Positions 16,005-25,843 are shown, counted from the stretch's first letter. The stretch: DNA of 52,425 bases from Patescibacteria group bacterium (GCA_038065455.1 JBBTQX010000009.1:1-52425), one strand, 5' to 3'. Numbers and translations: made by a program. The notes: a model not told the origin generated them from the letters alone.

Positions 16005-18101
16005 ATGAATAAAAAAACAATGAATAGCGTTCTTTCGGCTACTGTTACCATTACAGCAATTTTTACCTTCGCCGCTTCTGCCGGCGCGGTTAGTGAACAA
16101 GTTCAGGACATCACCCTAAAGCCGGGTGAAAGCTGGTCGGGAACAATTCCTTCGGCTTCAACCCTGTCTTTCGATGGGAGAATTATTTATTCAAACACAG
16201 CCGGAGCCAATTACGTTCTTCAGGTGAGTGTAAACGGTCAGATTATAACTTCTTCTCTTTTGAATAAAGGCCAAACATTTAAGTACAACGATGGTAGAAC
16301 ATTCAATTATAAATTAGGCAATGCGTGGATACTCTTCTATAGTCCCGATTATAGTGCGAACAATTCTTCGGCCGGAGGAGGCTATCAGGTTCTAACCAAT
16401 CCGGGACAGGCATACCGTTATAGTTGGGATATCTCCTCGATTACGGCCGGCAAAGAACAAGCGAATATCACGATTAAAAACGTGGGTCCGACTTATACAA
16501 TAACAGGACGGCTTATGTCCAAGGATGCAGTAATTTTCCCGATTAAGGAACTTGGAAATTGCACCGATCAGACGAGCTGTAAAGCATATTGCGGCGTAAC
16601 GGCCAATATGGCGGCTTGTCTGGATTATGCCCAGAGCCATAATCTAATGAAGCCGGAAGAAATAATCCAGGCGAGGAAAATGACTGCGATAGCGGAAACC
16701 GGCGGTCCGGGCGGATGTAAGGACAAGGATTCCTGCGCTACCTATTGCGAAAACAGCACGGACAATTTGAATGAGTGCGTGGCTTTTGCGGAAAAAAGCG
16801 GCATGGTTTCGGGGGATGTGCTAAAGGAAATGCAGAATATCCAAGGCGCTTTGAAAGCCGGCGGCCAGCTTCCCGGCGGATGTAAAAACAAAAACGATTG
16901 CCAAGTATATTGTTCCGCTTCCGCGCATATGGAAGAATGTATTGGTTTCGCGGAAAAAAGCGGCATGCTTAAGGGTAAAGAATTGGAGGAGGCGAAAAAA
17001 ATTCTGCCGTTCATTAAAAGCGGTGAGACACCGGGCGGCTGTACAACCAAAGAACAATGTCAGACTTATTGCGCCGATTCTTCGCGCGCCGTCGAATGCG
17101 TGAGTTTCGCCGAAAAAGCCGGTTTGATTTCCAAAGAAGAAGCTGATATGGCGAGAAAGACCGGCGGCAAAGGCCCGAATGGCTGTACCTCCAAAGAATC
17201 TTGCGATGCTTTCTGCAATCAAAAAGCGAATCAGCAATCCTGCCTCAATTTTGCGAAAGAACACGATTTGATTCCGGCGGAACAGCTTAAACAAATCGAG
17301 GAGGGGACGGCCCGGCTGAGAATGGGGCTTAGTCAATTCCCGGAAGAAATCGTCCAATGTTTGAAAGAAAAAGTGGGTCCGGATACCGTTGGAGAAATCG
17401 AGAGCGGAAATTTTGTTCCCAATAGGGAATTCGGTGAAACCATTCAAGGATGCTTTAACGCTTTCAAACCCAAGATGCAGGCCAAGATCCAGGAAGGTTT
17501 GAAATACGCCACGCCGGAAGTCACCGGTTGTTTGGAAACCGCTTTAGGTACGAGCGGGTTTCAGAAAATGCAGCAAGGCGATATCAGTTCTCCCGAAGAG
17601 GGTGATAAGGTCAAAGTTTGTTTCGAGAAAATGAAAGTTCAGGCGAAAGAACAAATGCAAAAAGGAGCGGAGCAGATGAATCAGATACCGGCCGAAGCGC
17701 GGGATTGCGTGAAACAAAAACTCGGGAGCGACATATTCAGTATTCTTGAATCCGGTGATGCGGAAAAAATGAAAAATGTCAGTCAAGGAGACATACAATC
17801 GGCCATTATGTCGTGCATAACCAAAAATATTCCAAGTGGCGGAAACGGAATGGGTCCCAGTCAGGAACAAATTCAGGAAATGATGAAGAGCGGCGCTCCT
17901 CCGAACCAGGAACAGATACAGGAAATGATTCAGAAAAATATTCCGTCGGGAGTTCCTCAAACGTCGGGAGGTATGCCATCGAATATTCCGGGAGCGCCGA
18001 CTCAGGAACAAATCCAGGAAATGATTCAGAAAAATATGCCGTCGGGAATACCGCAAGGTATGATGCCACCAAGCGGTTTTCCAACTCCAACATACCCATA
18101 A
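16005..18101 (+). CDS. Secreted cysteine-rich repeat protein
   Basis: Signal peptide, beta-rich domain, five GxC-x5-C-x3-C...C repeats, helical Cys repeats, and a P/Q/M-rich tail with QEQIQEM x3. Confidence 0.88.
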   Translation: MNKKTMNSVLSATVTITAIFTFAASAGAVSEQVQDITLKPGESWSGTIPSASTLSFDGRIIYSNTAGANYVLQVSVNGQIITSSLLNKGQTFKYNDGRTFNYKLGNAWILFYSPDYSANNSSAGGGYQVLTNPGQAYRYSWDISSITAGKEQANITIKNVGPTYTITGRLMSKDAVIFPIKELGNCTDQTSCKAYCGVTANMAACLDYAQSHNLMKPEEIIQARKMTAIAETGGPGGCKDKDSCATYCENSTDNLNECVAFAEKSGMVSGDVLKEMQNIQGALKAGGQLPGGCKNKNDCQVYCSASAHMEECIGFAEKSGMLKGKELEEAKKILPFIKSGETPGGCTTKEQCQTYCADSSRAVECVSFAEKAGLISKEEADMARKTGGKGPNGCTSKESCDAFCNQKANQQSCLNFAKEHDLIPAEQLKQIEEGTARLRMGLSQFPEEIVQCLKEKVGPDTVGEIESGNFVPNREFGETIQGCFNAFKPKMQAKIQEGLKYATPEVTGCLETALGTSGFQKMQQGDISSPEEGDKVKVCFEKMKVQAKEQMQKGAEQMNQIPAEARDCVKQKLGSDIFSILESGDAEKMKNVSQGDIQSAIMSCITKNIPSGGNGMGPSQEQIQEMMKSGAPPNQEQIQEMIQKNIPSGVPQTSGGMPSNIPGAPTQEQIQEMIQKNMPSGIPQGMMPPSGFPTPTYP

Positions 18102-18149
18102 ACACAACTGTGCATAAGTAGATTGTTTCGATATAGGTAATACCTATAC

Positions 18150-18176
18150 AAACGGCCCTAGGGGCCGTTTTTGTTT
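18150..18176 (+). terminator. Intrinsic terminator
   Basis: AAACGGCCC-TAG-GGGCCGTTT followed by T-rich sequence. Confidence 0.8.
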
Positions 18177-18177
18177 A

Positions 18178-18234
18178 GTGGGGGATATGGTATACTTTGT
18201 GTATGTAAGTGGGGAAAAGTGGATAAGTATGGGG
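18178..18234 (+). promoter_or_regulatory. mraZ promoter and MraZ-binding repeats
   Basis: TGGTATACT extended -10; GTGGG-like boxes at 10-nt spacing (18209, 18219, 18229). Confidence 0.8.
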
Positions 18235-18271
18235 ATAACCCTCGAATCTGGGGATAACATCAAAAATATTA

Positions 18272-18703
18272 ATGATACTCGGAGAATTTAAACATAGTCT
18301 GGATATCAAAGGCCGCTTAGCGGTCCCGGCCAAGTTCAGAGAAAAGTTAGGCGTCGGCGCCATCATTACTCGTGGTTTGGACAAATGTTTATTTATTTTC
18401 GGAGCGAACGAATGGGAAGTTCTGGTTCAGAAACTTATGAATCTTCCGCTCGCACAGGCGAATTCACGGGCTTTCGTCAGGTTGATGCTCGCGGGTGCGA
18501 GCGATGCAAAAGTGGATGCGCAAGGAAGAATATTAGTGCCGGATTATTTGAGAAAATACGCGGGTTTAAAAAAACAGGCGGTCGTGACCGGCCTCTATAA
18601 CCGAATGGAGGTTTGGGACGAAGGGGAGTGGCAGGCATACAAACAGAAGACGGAAGCCTCTTCGGACGAAATCGCCGAGAAGCTGGGCGAATTGGGAATA
18701 TAG
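18272..18703 (+). CDS. mraZ: Division/cell wall cluster regulator MraZ
   Basis: GEFKHSLDIKGRLAVPAKFR, DAQGRILVP, RMEVW. Confidence 0.97.
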   Translation: MILGEFKHSLDIKGRLAVPAKFREKLGVGAIITRGLDKCLFIFGANEWEVLVQKLMNLPLAQANSRAFVRLMLAGASDAKVDAQGRILVPDYLRKYAGLKKQAVVTGLYNRMEVWDEGEWQAYKQKTEASSDEIAEKLGELGI

Positions 18704-18714
18704 AATCGGAAATT

Positions 18715-19650
18715 ATGAACAAAACTTTAAACATCGATTCGTTATTCATGATTCATAATGCGAATCATATTTCCGTTCTTTTGAACGATGTTTTGAAAGC
18801 GCTTGATCCGCAACCCGGAGAATTTTTTATCGACGGCACGCTGGGCGCCGGCGGACACGCGAAAGCAGTATTGGAAAAAATAAAATCCCGCGGTACGCTT
18901 TTGGGACTCGATTGGGATCAAAGGAATCTGGAAGATTTCCGCCGGGAAAATCCGGAGATGAAAGGCAAGCTGATTTTAATCCACGAGAACTATGCGAACC
19001 TGCCTGAAATATTGGAGAAGCACCGGTTGGCGAAAGCCGACGGATTGCTGTTGGATTTGGGATTCTCGAGCGACCAGCTGGAACATTCCGGCCGGGGTTT
19101 CAGTTTTCTGAAGAACGAGCCGCTCGATATGCGTTACAATCCAGGCGATGAAGACCGGCCGACGGCGGCCAGTATCGTGAACGGACGGAACGAAGCGGAG
19201 CTAGCTGACATCATTTATCGGTACGGCGAAGAAAGATTATCGAGGCGGATTGCGAAAAAGATAGTCGAACGGCGGAGAGAACGGAGAATCGGAACGACGG
19301 ATGAACTCGCGGAAATTATTCGAAGCGCCGTTCCCAAGAATTACGAGCGCGGCCGCATCCATCCCGCAACGAGAACTTTCCAGGCTCTTAGGATATTTGT
19401 GAACGACGAGTTGGGGAACTTGGAGAGTATTTTGAAAAACCTTCCGGAAATAATCGGAAAGGACGGTCGAATCGCGATTATATCGTTTCATTCGCTGGAA
19501 GACCGCATGGTCAAACAATGCTTTCAAAACCTCGTAAAAGAAAAAAAAGCCCGATTTATAATCAAAAAACCAACGACAGCCGGCCGGGAAGAAAGCAAAA
19601 CAAACTCAAAAAGTCGCTCGGCCAAACTAAGAGCCATCGCAATCATATGA
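18715..19650 (+). CDS. rsmH: 16S rRNA C1402 N4-methyltransferase (start 18715 or 18748)
   Basis: HISVLL, DGTLGAGGH, DLGFSS, RGFSF, PLDMR, HPATRTFQALRI, SFHSLEDR, SRSAKLR. Confidence 0.96.
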   Translation: MNKTLNIDSLFMIHNANHISVLLNDVLKALDPQPGEFFIDGTLGAGGHAKAVLEKIKSRGTLLGLDWDQRNLEDFRRENPEMKGKLILIHENYANLPEILEKHRLAKADGLLLDLGFSSDQLEHSGRGFSFLKNEPLDMRYNPGDEDRPTAASIVNGRNEAELADIIYRYGEERLSRRIAKKIVERRRERRIGTTDELAEIIRSAVPKNYERGRIHPATRTFQALRIFVNDELGNLESILKNLPEIIGKDGRIAIISFHSLEDRMVKQCFQNLVKEKKARFIIKKPTTAGREESKTNSKSRSAKLRAIAII

Positions 19651-19964
19651 CAATAATCAAACCCATCGAAGCCAAAAACAATCTCCGTTTCCTGATTTTG
19701 TTTTTCGTCGCAATATTCGCGAGTGGAATTTTCTATGTCTTGGAGTATAATTCTCTTGTAAACGCCCGTTATCAGGCGAGTTCGCTCAAAAAACAGATAG
19801 CGGATGCCACGGCGGCCAACGCGGACCTCAAAAATAATCTTTATAAAATGACGGATCCGGTTAAATTGGATTTATTGGCCAAAGAGCATCACCTGATCCT
19901 GGAACGGAAACCGCAGTATATCAACCAATACCAATGGGTGTCCGATTCCTCTTACTCACGTTAA
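19647..19964 (+). CDS. ftsL: FtsL-like cell division protein
   Basis: TM helix plus coiled coil between rsmH and ftsI; ATGA overlap. Confidence 0.65.
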   Translation: MTIIKPIEAKNNLRFLILFFVAIFASGIFYVLEYNSLVNARYQASSLKKQIADATAANADLKNNLYKMTDPVKLDLLAKEHHLILERKPQYINQYQWVSDSSYSR

Positions 19965-21535
19965 TATTCGGCGTATTGTTCGGCCTTTTGGGCTTCCATT
20001 TATACACCCTTCAAATCCAGCAAAGCGATTATTATTTCAATAAAGTTCAAGCAAGAAGCGAGGCTTTGGCGCAACTCCAGATGCGCCGAGGCCAGATTTT
20101 TTTTACGGACCGCGCCGATACCCGCATCACGGTCGCTTTCAACAAGGATTACCCGATAATCTACGGCGTGCCGAAGGAAGTGGCTGATTCAAAAAAAACC
20201 GCTGAAGCGCTCTCGCCGATTCTGAATCTTCCGGCCGAATTGCTTAAGGGATATTTGAGCGATTCTAAAAGCCTTTTTCGTATGATTGCCGAGAAGGCGA
20301 CGCCCGAACAGCTCGATGTAATCGGGAAACTTAATCTTCAGGGAATATACGAAGACACCAAGCAATATCGTTTCTATCCGTTCGAAAAGCTCGGCAGCCA
20401 GATATTGGGATTTGTGGGAGTGAACAAAGATACGAACGCGCCCAAAGGGCTTTATGGCGCGGAAAAATATTATAACGATGCGCTCGCGGACGGCCGCGAT
20501 ATCGGGCTTACCATCGATCGTAGCCTTCAGGCCCAGGCGGAAGAAACCATCGCGAAGCTCGTCACGGAGCATGCCGCCGTGAGCGGAAATATCATTATCG
20601 AGGAGCCGCAAACAGGCAAGATTCTCGCGATGGCCAGGTATCCCAATTTCGATCCGAACGATTACAAGAATTATCCGCTTGGAGATTTTATCAACTCCGC
20701 CGTCCAACTGATCTACGAGCCCGGCTCGGTCTTTAAGCCGATTACGATGGCGGCGGGCATCGATGCCGGCATTCTGACGCCGGACACGACCTACACTGAC
20801 AAAGGTTCGATTACATTGAATGGCAAAAAAATCACCAATTGGGATCATAAGACCTACGGTCCGGGCACTACGATGACGACTGTCATAGAGCGTTCCATAA
20901 ACACCGGTGCAGTTTTCGCGGAACAGAAAATCGGTCGGAAGATATTTTACGAATATCTGAAAAATTTCGGTTTCGGCGCGAAGAGCGGCGTCGATTTGCC
21001 GGATGAAGTCATGGGCAGTTTGGCAAACTTGGAGCGCAAGAATGCCCAGGACATCGATTATGCCACGGCGGCCTATGGCCAGGGCACGTCCGTCACTCCG
21101 CTTCAGATGATTAATGCCTTTTCCGTTTTCGCGAACGGCGGCCTTCTGATGCGTCCCTATATCAACCAAGATTCGAAGCCTTATGTGATTCGACGGGCAG
21201 TGAGCGAAGATACGGCCCGAAAAGTGAAGGAAATGATGCATTCGGCGGCCACCAAGGGCGGTGTGGCGACTATCCCTCAGTTCAATGTCGCGGGAAAGAC
21301 AGGTACGGCTTACATTCCGACGCGCGGCGGCTATCTGCCGGATGATTTTATCCATACTTTCATCGGGATGGCCCCGGCTTCGAATCCTCGATTCGTCATT
21401 CTCGTGAAATTGGAAAAGCCGGAAATTGGGAAAGAACTCGCGGCCCTGACTGTCGTGCCGGCTTTCCGGGAACTCGCCACCTTCGCCTTGAGTTATTTAA
21501 ATGTCGCTCCGGATAATCTGACTCAGTCAAAATGA
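19934..21535 (+). CDS. ftsI: Class B penicillin-binding protein (FtsI-like)
   Basis: N-terminal TM, RGQI, RFYP, EPGSVFK (SxxK), SIN, GKTGTA. Confidence 0.9.
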   Translation: MGVRFLLLTLIFGVLFGLLGFHLYTLQIQQSDYYFNKVQARSEALAQLQMRRGQIFFTDRADTRITVAFNKDYPIIYGVPKEVADSKKTAEALSPILNLPAELLKGYLSDSKSLFRMIAEKATPEQLDVIGKLNLQGIYEDTKQYRFYPFEKLGSQILGFVGVNKDTNAPKGLYGAEKYYNDALADGRDIGLTIDRSLQAQAEETIAKLVTEHAAVSGNIIIEEPQTGKILAMARYPNFDPNDYKNYPLGDFINSAVQLIYEPGSVFKPITMAAGIDAGILTPDTTYTDKGSITLNGKKITNWDHKTYGPGTTMTTVIERSINTGAVFAEQKIGRKIFYEYLKNFGFGAKSGVDLPDEVMGSLANLERKNAQDIDYATAAYGQGTSVTPLQMINAFSVFANGGLLMRPYINQDSKPYVIRRAVSEDTARKVKEMMHSAATKGGVATIPQFNVAGKTGTAYIPTRGGYLPDDFIHTFIGMAPASNPRFVILVKLEKPEIGKELAALTVVPAFRELATFALSYLNVAPDNLTQSK

Positions 21536-22845
21536 TGATGAAAAACATTATTCTAAAAATTCTGATATGGAAACTGAGCTTGATCGCGAGGCTCACGATT
21601 AAGCGCTACAAGCCGGCCGTAATCGGCGTAACGGGCAATGTCGGCAAAACATCCGCTAAAATGGCCATTGCCGCGGCACTTTCGGGAGAACGGAGTGTTC
21701 GCGCTTCTTCCAATAATTTCAACAACGAATTGGGTCTGCCACTCAATATCATCGGTGACTGGGAAAAGACGGGCGGCGCTTTCTTCTGGCTGAAGGCCGT
21801 TCTCTTCGGTGTTTTCCAGCTTATCGTGAAAAATCCGCGGTATCCGGAAATACTCGTCCTTGAGTACGGCGTGGATAGGCCGAATGATATGAATTATCTT
21901 CTGGACATTGCCCGGGCGCAGATCGGCGTAATCACGGCGATCGGGAATGTGCCGGTGCACGTGGAATTCTTTTCGGGGCCCGACGGGGTGGCGAAAGAAA
22001 AAGCGAAACTTATCGCCCAATTACCCGCGACCGGTTTTGCGATACTGAATGCCGACGATCCGAAGGTACTTAAAATGGCGGAGGACACGCGCGGACGCGT
22101 CATCACTTACGGCATATCGGACAAAGCGGATATCAAAATAATAAATTTCAGAAACCAATTGGATGCGGAAACCGGCGAGGCTGGAATTTCTTTTAAAATC
22201 GGTTATAACGGAAACGTCGTTCCCTTCAGAATACCGGGCGTTTTGGGCAAGACCGCCGCTTATGCCTCGGCTGTGGGTATTGCCGTGGGAATGACTTTCG
22301 GCATCAATCTCGTGAAAATCGCGGATAATCTGGTGAAGGCGGAGAAACCAACCGGCCGCTTGCGGGTTTTGCGCGGGCTCAAAGGCTCGATTGTAATCGA
22401 CGATACCTATAATGCCTCGCCGCTCGCGATGCGGGAGGCGCTCGAGATATTCAAAACGCTCAAAGCAAAACGCAAGATCGCCGTTCTGGGAGATATGTTA
22501 GAAATCGGAAAATATACAATGGAGGCCCACGAGGAAATCGGCGCGCTGGCCGCGAAGCGCGCGGATCTACTAATTACGGTTGGTTTGCGCGGCAAGCTCA
22601 TTGCCGAGGGCGCGTTTAAAAATAGAATGGCGAAAAATTCGATATTTTCCTTCGATAATATCCACGAAGCCGGCCGATTCCTGCAGGATAAATTAAAAGC
22701 GGGAGATATCGTGCTTTTGAAAGCTTCGCAGGGAGTGCGGCTGGAAAAAGTGGTGAAGGAGATAATGGCCGAACCGCTCCGCTCCAAAGAACTTTTGGTT
22801 CGCCAAGACAAGGCGTGGCTTGAAAAGGAGGGGATTTATGAGTAA
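21532..22845 (+). CDS. murF: UDP-MurNAc-tripeptide:D-Ala-D-Ala ligase
   Basis: GVTGNVGKTS, NFNNELGLP, VLEYG, DDTYNASP, LGDMLEIG, LKAS. Confidence 0.93.
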   Translation: MMMKNIILKILIWKLSLIARLTIKRYKPAVIGVTGNVGKTSAKMAIAAALSGERSVRASSNNFNNELGLPLNIIGDWEKTGGAFFWLKAVLFGVFQLIVKNPRYPEILVLEYGVDRPNDMNYLLDIARAQIGVITAIGNVPVHVEFFSGPDGVAKEKAKLIAQLPATGFAILNADDPKVLKMAEDTRGRVITYGISDKADIKIINFRNQLDAETGEAGISFKIGYNGNVVPFRIPGVLGKTAAYASAVGIAVGMTFGINLVKIADNLVKAEKPTGRLRVLRGLKGSIVIDDTYNASPLAMREALEIFKTLKAKRKIAVLGDMLEIGKYTMEAHEEIGALAAKRADLLITVGLRGKLIAEGAFKNRMAKNSIFSFDNIHEAGRFLQDKLKAGDIVLLKASQGVRLEKVVKEIMAEPLRSKELLVRQDKAWLEKEGIYE

Positions 22846-22857
22846 GGTATAGCCATT

Positions 22858-22928
22858 GGCCCTATCGTCTAGTGGTAGGACATAGCGTTCTCATCGCTAA
22901 AACCGGAGTTCAATTCTCCGTGGGGCTA
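22858..22928 (+). tRNA. tRNA-Glu(CTC)
   Basis: GGCCCTA/TGGGGCT acceptor, TAGCG-TTCTCAT-CGCTA, CGGAG-TTCAATT-CTCCG. Confidence 0.95.
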
Positions 22929-22984
22929 CACTCAAGATTGCTAAATGACGGCGAGAGGTGCGGGCGATCCTCCGTGGGGCTACA
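22916..22984 (+). repeat. 15-bp direct repeat of the tRNA-Glu 3' end
   Basis: CTCCGTGGGGCTACA at 22916-22930 and 22970-22984, with a 39-nt spacer. Confidence 0.85.
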
Positions 22985-23043
22985 TGAAAATAGGCTTTTT
23001 GTTTTCCGGGGCAAATTTTCCCCATTTGTTGTAAAATAAAGGT

Positions 23044-23502
23044 ATGGAAGACTGCATTTTCTGCAAAATCGCCAAAGGGGAGTTGCCGGCCCATAAATTC
23101 TGGGAAGACGCGAAGCATATGGCTTTTCTTTCCATCTTTCCGAATACGGAGGGTTTTTCCGTCGTTATCACGAAAGAGCACTATTCGAGCTACGCTTTCG
23201 ACTTGCCGAAAGACGCGCTTGTTGGGCTTGTTGCCGCGGCGGGGGAAGCCGCCAAGCTTTTGGATAAAGCATTCGGGGATGTAGCGCGCACCGGAATGAT
23301 ATTCGAGGGTTTCGGCGTAGACCACGTGCACGCGAAGCTTTTTCCGATGCACGGGACGGAGGCGGCGGATTGGAAGCCGCTCCATTCGAATGTGGACAAG
23401 TATTTCGAAAAATACGAGGGCTACATCTCGTCCCACGACTACAATCGCGCGGACGACACCCAGCTCGCCGCCTTGGCGGAAAAGATCAAAAATGCCAAGT
23501 AA
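23044..23502 (+). CDS. HIT family protein
   Basis: DCIFCKI, AFLSIFP, VDHVHAKL (HxHxK variant). Confidence 0.9.
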   Translation: MEDCIFCKIAKGELPAHKFWEDAKHMAFLSIFPNTEGFSVVITKEHYSSYAFDLPKDALVGLVAAAGEAAKLLDKAFGDVARTGMIFEGFGVDHVHAKLFPMHGTEAADWKPLHSNVDKYFEKYEGYISSHDYNRADDTQLAALAEKIKNAK

Positions 23503-23842
23503 ACTGATGACTATCTTCCGCGAAAAAATCCTTCTTATTCTCATCGGCATCTCGACCGCGCTTTTTGCCGCCAGCCTTCTTTTGACTTTTTTCCGGCTGA
23601 ACGGACTCTCTTATCCGGTTATTCTCCATTTTGACGCCTTTCGAGGCGTGGATTTCGTGGGCAATTTGGCGGATTTTTGGACCATCTGGGCGGGCGGTAT
23701 CATAATCGCGGCCACGAATCTCTGGCTCGCCGTTTCGCTCTTCCATCGCGAGCGCTTTCTTTCCTATCTTTTCGTTTCGGCTAACGTGCTCATCGCGCTT
23801 CTTACGCTTATAATTACGGGAGTAGTGGCGAGCGCGAATTAA
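23492..23842 (+). CDS. Small three-TM membrane protein
   Basis: Three hydrophobic helices with a PVILHFDAFRGVD loop; start placed at ATG 23492 or 23507. Confidence 0.8.
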   Translation: MPSKLMTIFREKILLILIGISTALFAASLLLTFFRLNGLSYPVILHFDAFRGVDFVGNLADFWTIWAGGIIIAATNLWLAVSLFHRERFLSYLFVSANVLIALLTLIITGVVASAN

Positions 23843-23982
23843 CCGGGTAGTAGAAATGCGATTATATAAAATTCAAATCATAAGATATTATTTTGAAATA
23901 AATACAAATCATGGAAGGTTATCAAAGTCCCCATAAAACTATTTATTTAATCGCGATTTGCAATCGCATTTTCACTACCCGG
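23843..23982. mobile_element. MITE-like element (140 bp)
   Basis: 21-bp terminal inverted repeats (CCGGGTAGTAGAAATGCGATT vs CCGGGTAGTGAAAATGCGATT), TAA on both flanks, AT-rich non-coding interior. Confidence 0.75.
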
Positions 23983-23989
23983 TAAACCA

Positions 23990-25048
23990 ATGGATACAAT
24001 CACAATCGCTTTAATAGTTGTCGTCGCAATATTGCTCGGTCTTTCCTGGCTCGTTTTTTTGCTCATCAAAAAGATTAAAGAGCCTAAAGAAGATAACCAA
24101 GCTTTTTCGATGCTTTTAAATCAGATGAACGAAATGCGGAATATGGTGGACAAGAAAATGGGCGAATCGAATACTTTCGTCCAGAGCCAGCTTGGCCAGA
24201 GCGCGAAGATAATCCGAGACGTGACAGAAAAACTTGTGCGCCTAGATGAAACGAATAAGCAGGTTGTGAACTTCGCCGACCAGCTTAAAAGCCTGCAGGA
24301 CATCCTCAAAAATCCGAAGCAACGCGGCATATTGGGGGAGTATTATCTTGAGACCGTTCTTAAAAACGTTCTTCCGCCCGGCTCCTATAAAATGCAGTAT
24401 CCCTTCAAAGATGGAGTGATAGTGGATGCGGCGGTTTTTGTGGACAAACGGATAATTCCGATAGATTCCAAATTCAGCTTGGAAAACTACAACCGGATAC
24501 TGGAAGCGCGCGAAGATTCGGAGAGAAAGAAATACGAGTCCGCCTTCATTTCCGATTTGAAAATCAGAATCGATGAAACTTCGAAATACGTTAAACCCGA
24601 AGAAAATACGATGGATTTCGCTTTTATGTTCATACCGTCGGAGGCGGTCTATTACGATTTGCTCATAAACAAGGTTGGAGCGGTGACCGACGATACGAAG
24701 AATTTGATAAATTACGCCTATCAAAAAAAAGTGGTCGTAGTTTCACCGACTTCTTTTATGGCATATCTTCAAACCGTGCTTCAGGGGCTTAAAAATCAGA
24801 AGATTTCCGAACAAGCTCAGGTTATCATCAAACAAGTGATAAACCTCGAGAAACATATCGTGAATTATGACGAATATTTCAAAAAATTGGGAAGGAATCT
24901 AGGCACGACGGTGAATATGTATAACAGCGCCAACAAGGAACTTGGAAAAATAGACAAGGATTTTCTCAAAATTACCGGCGAAACAGCGGGAATAAAGCCG
25001 ATGATTTTGGAGGGTCCGGAAAACGAAAATGAGGGAAACGAGTCATAA
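23990..25048 (+). CDS. rmuC: DNA recombination protein RmuC
   Basis: N-terminal TM, coiled coil, KQRGILGE, IPIDSKF, DFAFMFIPSE, VSPTS. Confidence 0.94.
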   Translation: MDTITIALIVVVAILLGLSWLVFLLIKKIKEPKEDNQAFSMLLNQMNEMRNMVDKKMGESNTFVQSQLGQSAKIIRDVTEKLVRLDETNKQVVNFADQLKSLQDILKNPKQRGILGEYYLETVLKNVLPPGSYKMQYPFKDGVIVDAAVFVDKRIIPIDSKFSLENYNRILEAREDSERKKYESAFISDLKIRIDETSKYVKPEENTMDFAFMFIPSEAVYYDLLINKVGAVTDDTKNLINYAYQKKVVVVSPTSFMAYLQTVLQGLKNQKISEQAQVIIKQVINLEKHIVNYDEYFKKLGRNLGTTVNMYNSANKELGKIDKDFLKITGETAGIKPMILEGPENENEGNES

Positions 25049-25700
25049 TCCTCTGGACGCGCTCCGCCAAAAACTTATTTTGGACGTCAAGTGGCGGAAA
25101 CTTTTGAAACTCGCCAAGTGGTTCCGTTGTGCGCCTTTCGTCCAATTCGTGCTCGCGAGCGATTCGATGGCACTCGGCACCGTGAACAAGAATTCGGATT
25201 TCGACGTTATAATTTCCGTGCGGGAAGGGCGCATCTTCACCGCCCGGTATTTCATTAATTTTATCTTCTCCATATTGCGGGCGCGCCGGTTGAATGATGT
25301 GAAAGGGAGTAGCCCCGATAAATTCTGCTTCAGCCACTTCATTACGCCCGCGTCTTTCAAAAAATCCGGCCTGGACGATTACGGCCGGGAGATCTACCGC
25401 CATCTCGTGCCGATCTGCGGCGACGGAAAATCGATAGAGGAGTTTTTCGAAGCGAACAGGGAGCTCGGAATAAAATCGGAAACCAAGTTGGATGATTTGC
25501 GCTTTTCGGACTCCGGGCCGAACTTCATCGGAAAAACTTTTGAATTTCTTTTGGGGGGCCGGTTGGGAAATATTATCGAGAAGAAAATCGCGGAGCCCGT
25601 CGCTCGACGTCGGCTTGCCCGGTATGTGGAAAAAAAGTCCAAACGGGACCGGGTGATAATCTCGGCCCAGGAGCTCGAATTCCACTTTGACCTGAAATGA
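25029..25700 (+). CDS. Nucleotidyltransferase-fold protein
   Basis: VLASDSMALG...SDFDVII...GRIFTAR...DKFC, Pol-beta-like motif with DS in place of GS. Confidence 0.65.
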   Translation: MRETSHNPLDALRQKLILDVKWRKLLKLAKWFRCAPFVQFVLASDSMALGTVNKNSDFDVIISVREGRIFTARYFINFIFSILRARRLNDVKGSSPDKFCFSHFITPASFKKSGLDDYGREIYRHLVPICGDGKSIEEFFEANRELGIKSETKLDDLRFSDSGPNFIGKTFEFLLGGRLGNIIEKKIAEPVARRRLARYVEKKSKRDRVIISAQELEFHFDLK

Positions 25701-25701
25701 T

Positions 25702-25843
25702 TTGCTTTTTTCCAAAAAGCGTGCTAGAGTGCCTTTGTGTGTGTGCAGAGTTTTCCCCGTCTTCAATTCCGGCGCAAGCTGGAAGCGAAGAAATCCGAGG
25801 AAAGCCTTTCCAATCCTCCCCGGCGCAAGCCGGGAGGTTTTTT
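25702..25843 (+). ncRNA. Candidate ~105-nt small RNA or leader with its own promoter and terminator
   Basis: TTGCTT-17-TAGAGT; hairpin 25752-25803 with GCAA loop; terminator CCTCCCCGGC-GCAA-GCCGGGAGG-T6. Confidence 0.45.

Noticed and set aside
15931-18060. Direct repeats as a CRISPR array or DGR template/variable pair
   Set aside because: They are in-frame coding repeats with no unique spacers or adenine-specific mismatches, and no cas or reverse transcriptase gene is in the window.
22897-23550. 217-aa minus ORF with repeated VAPRRI
   Set aside because: Antisense to the HIT gene and tRNA-Glu; the repeat is the duplicated tRNA 3' end.
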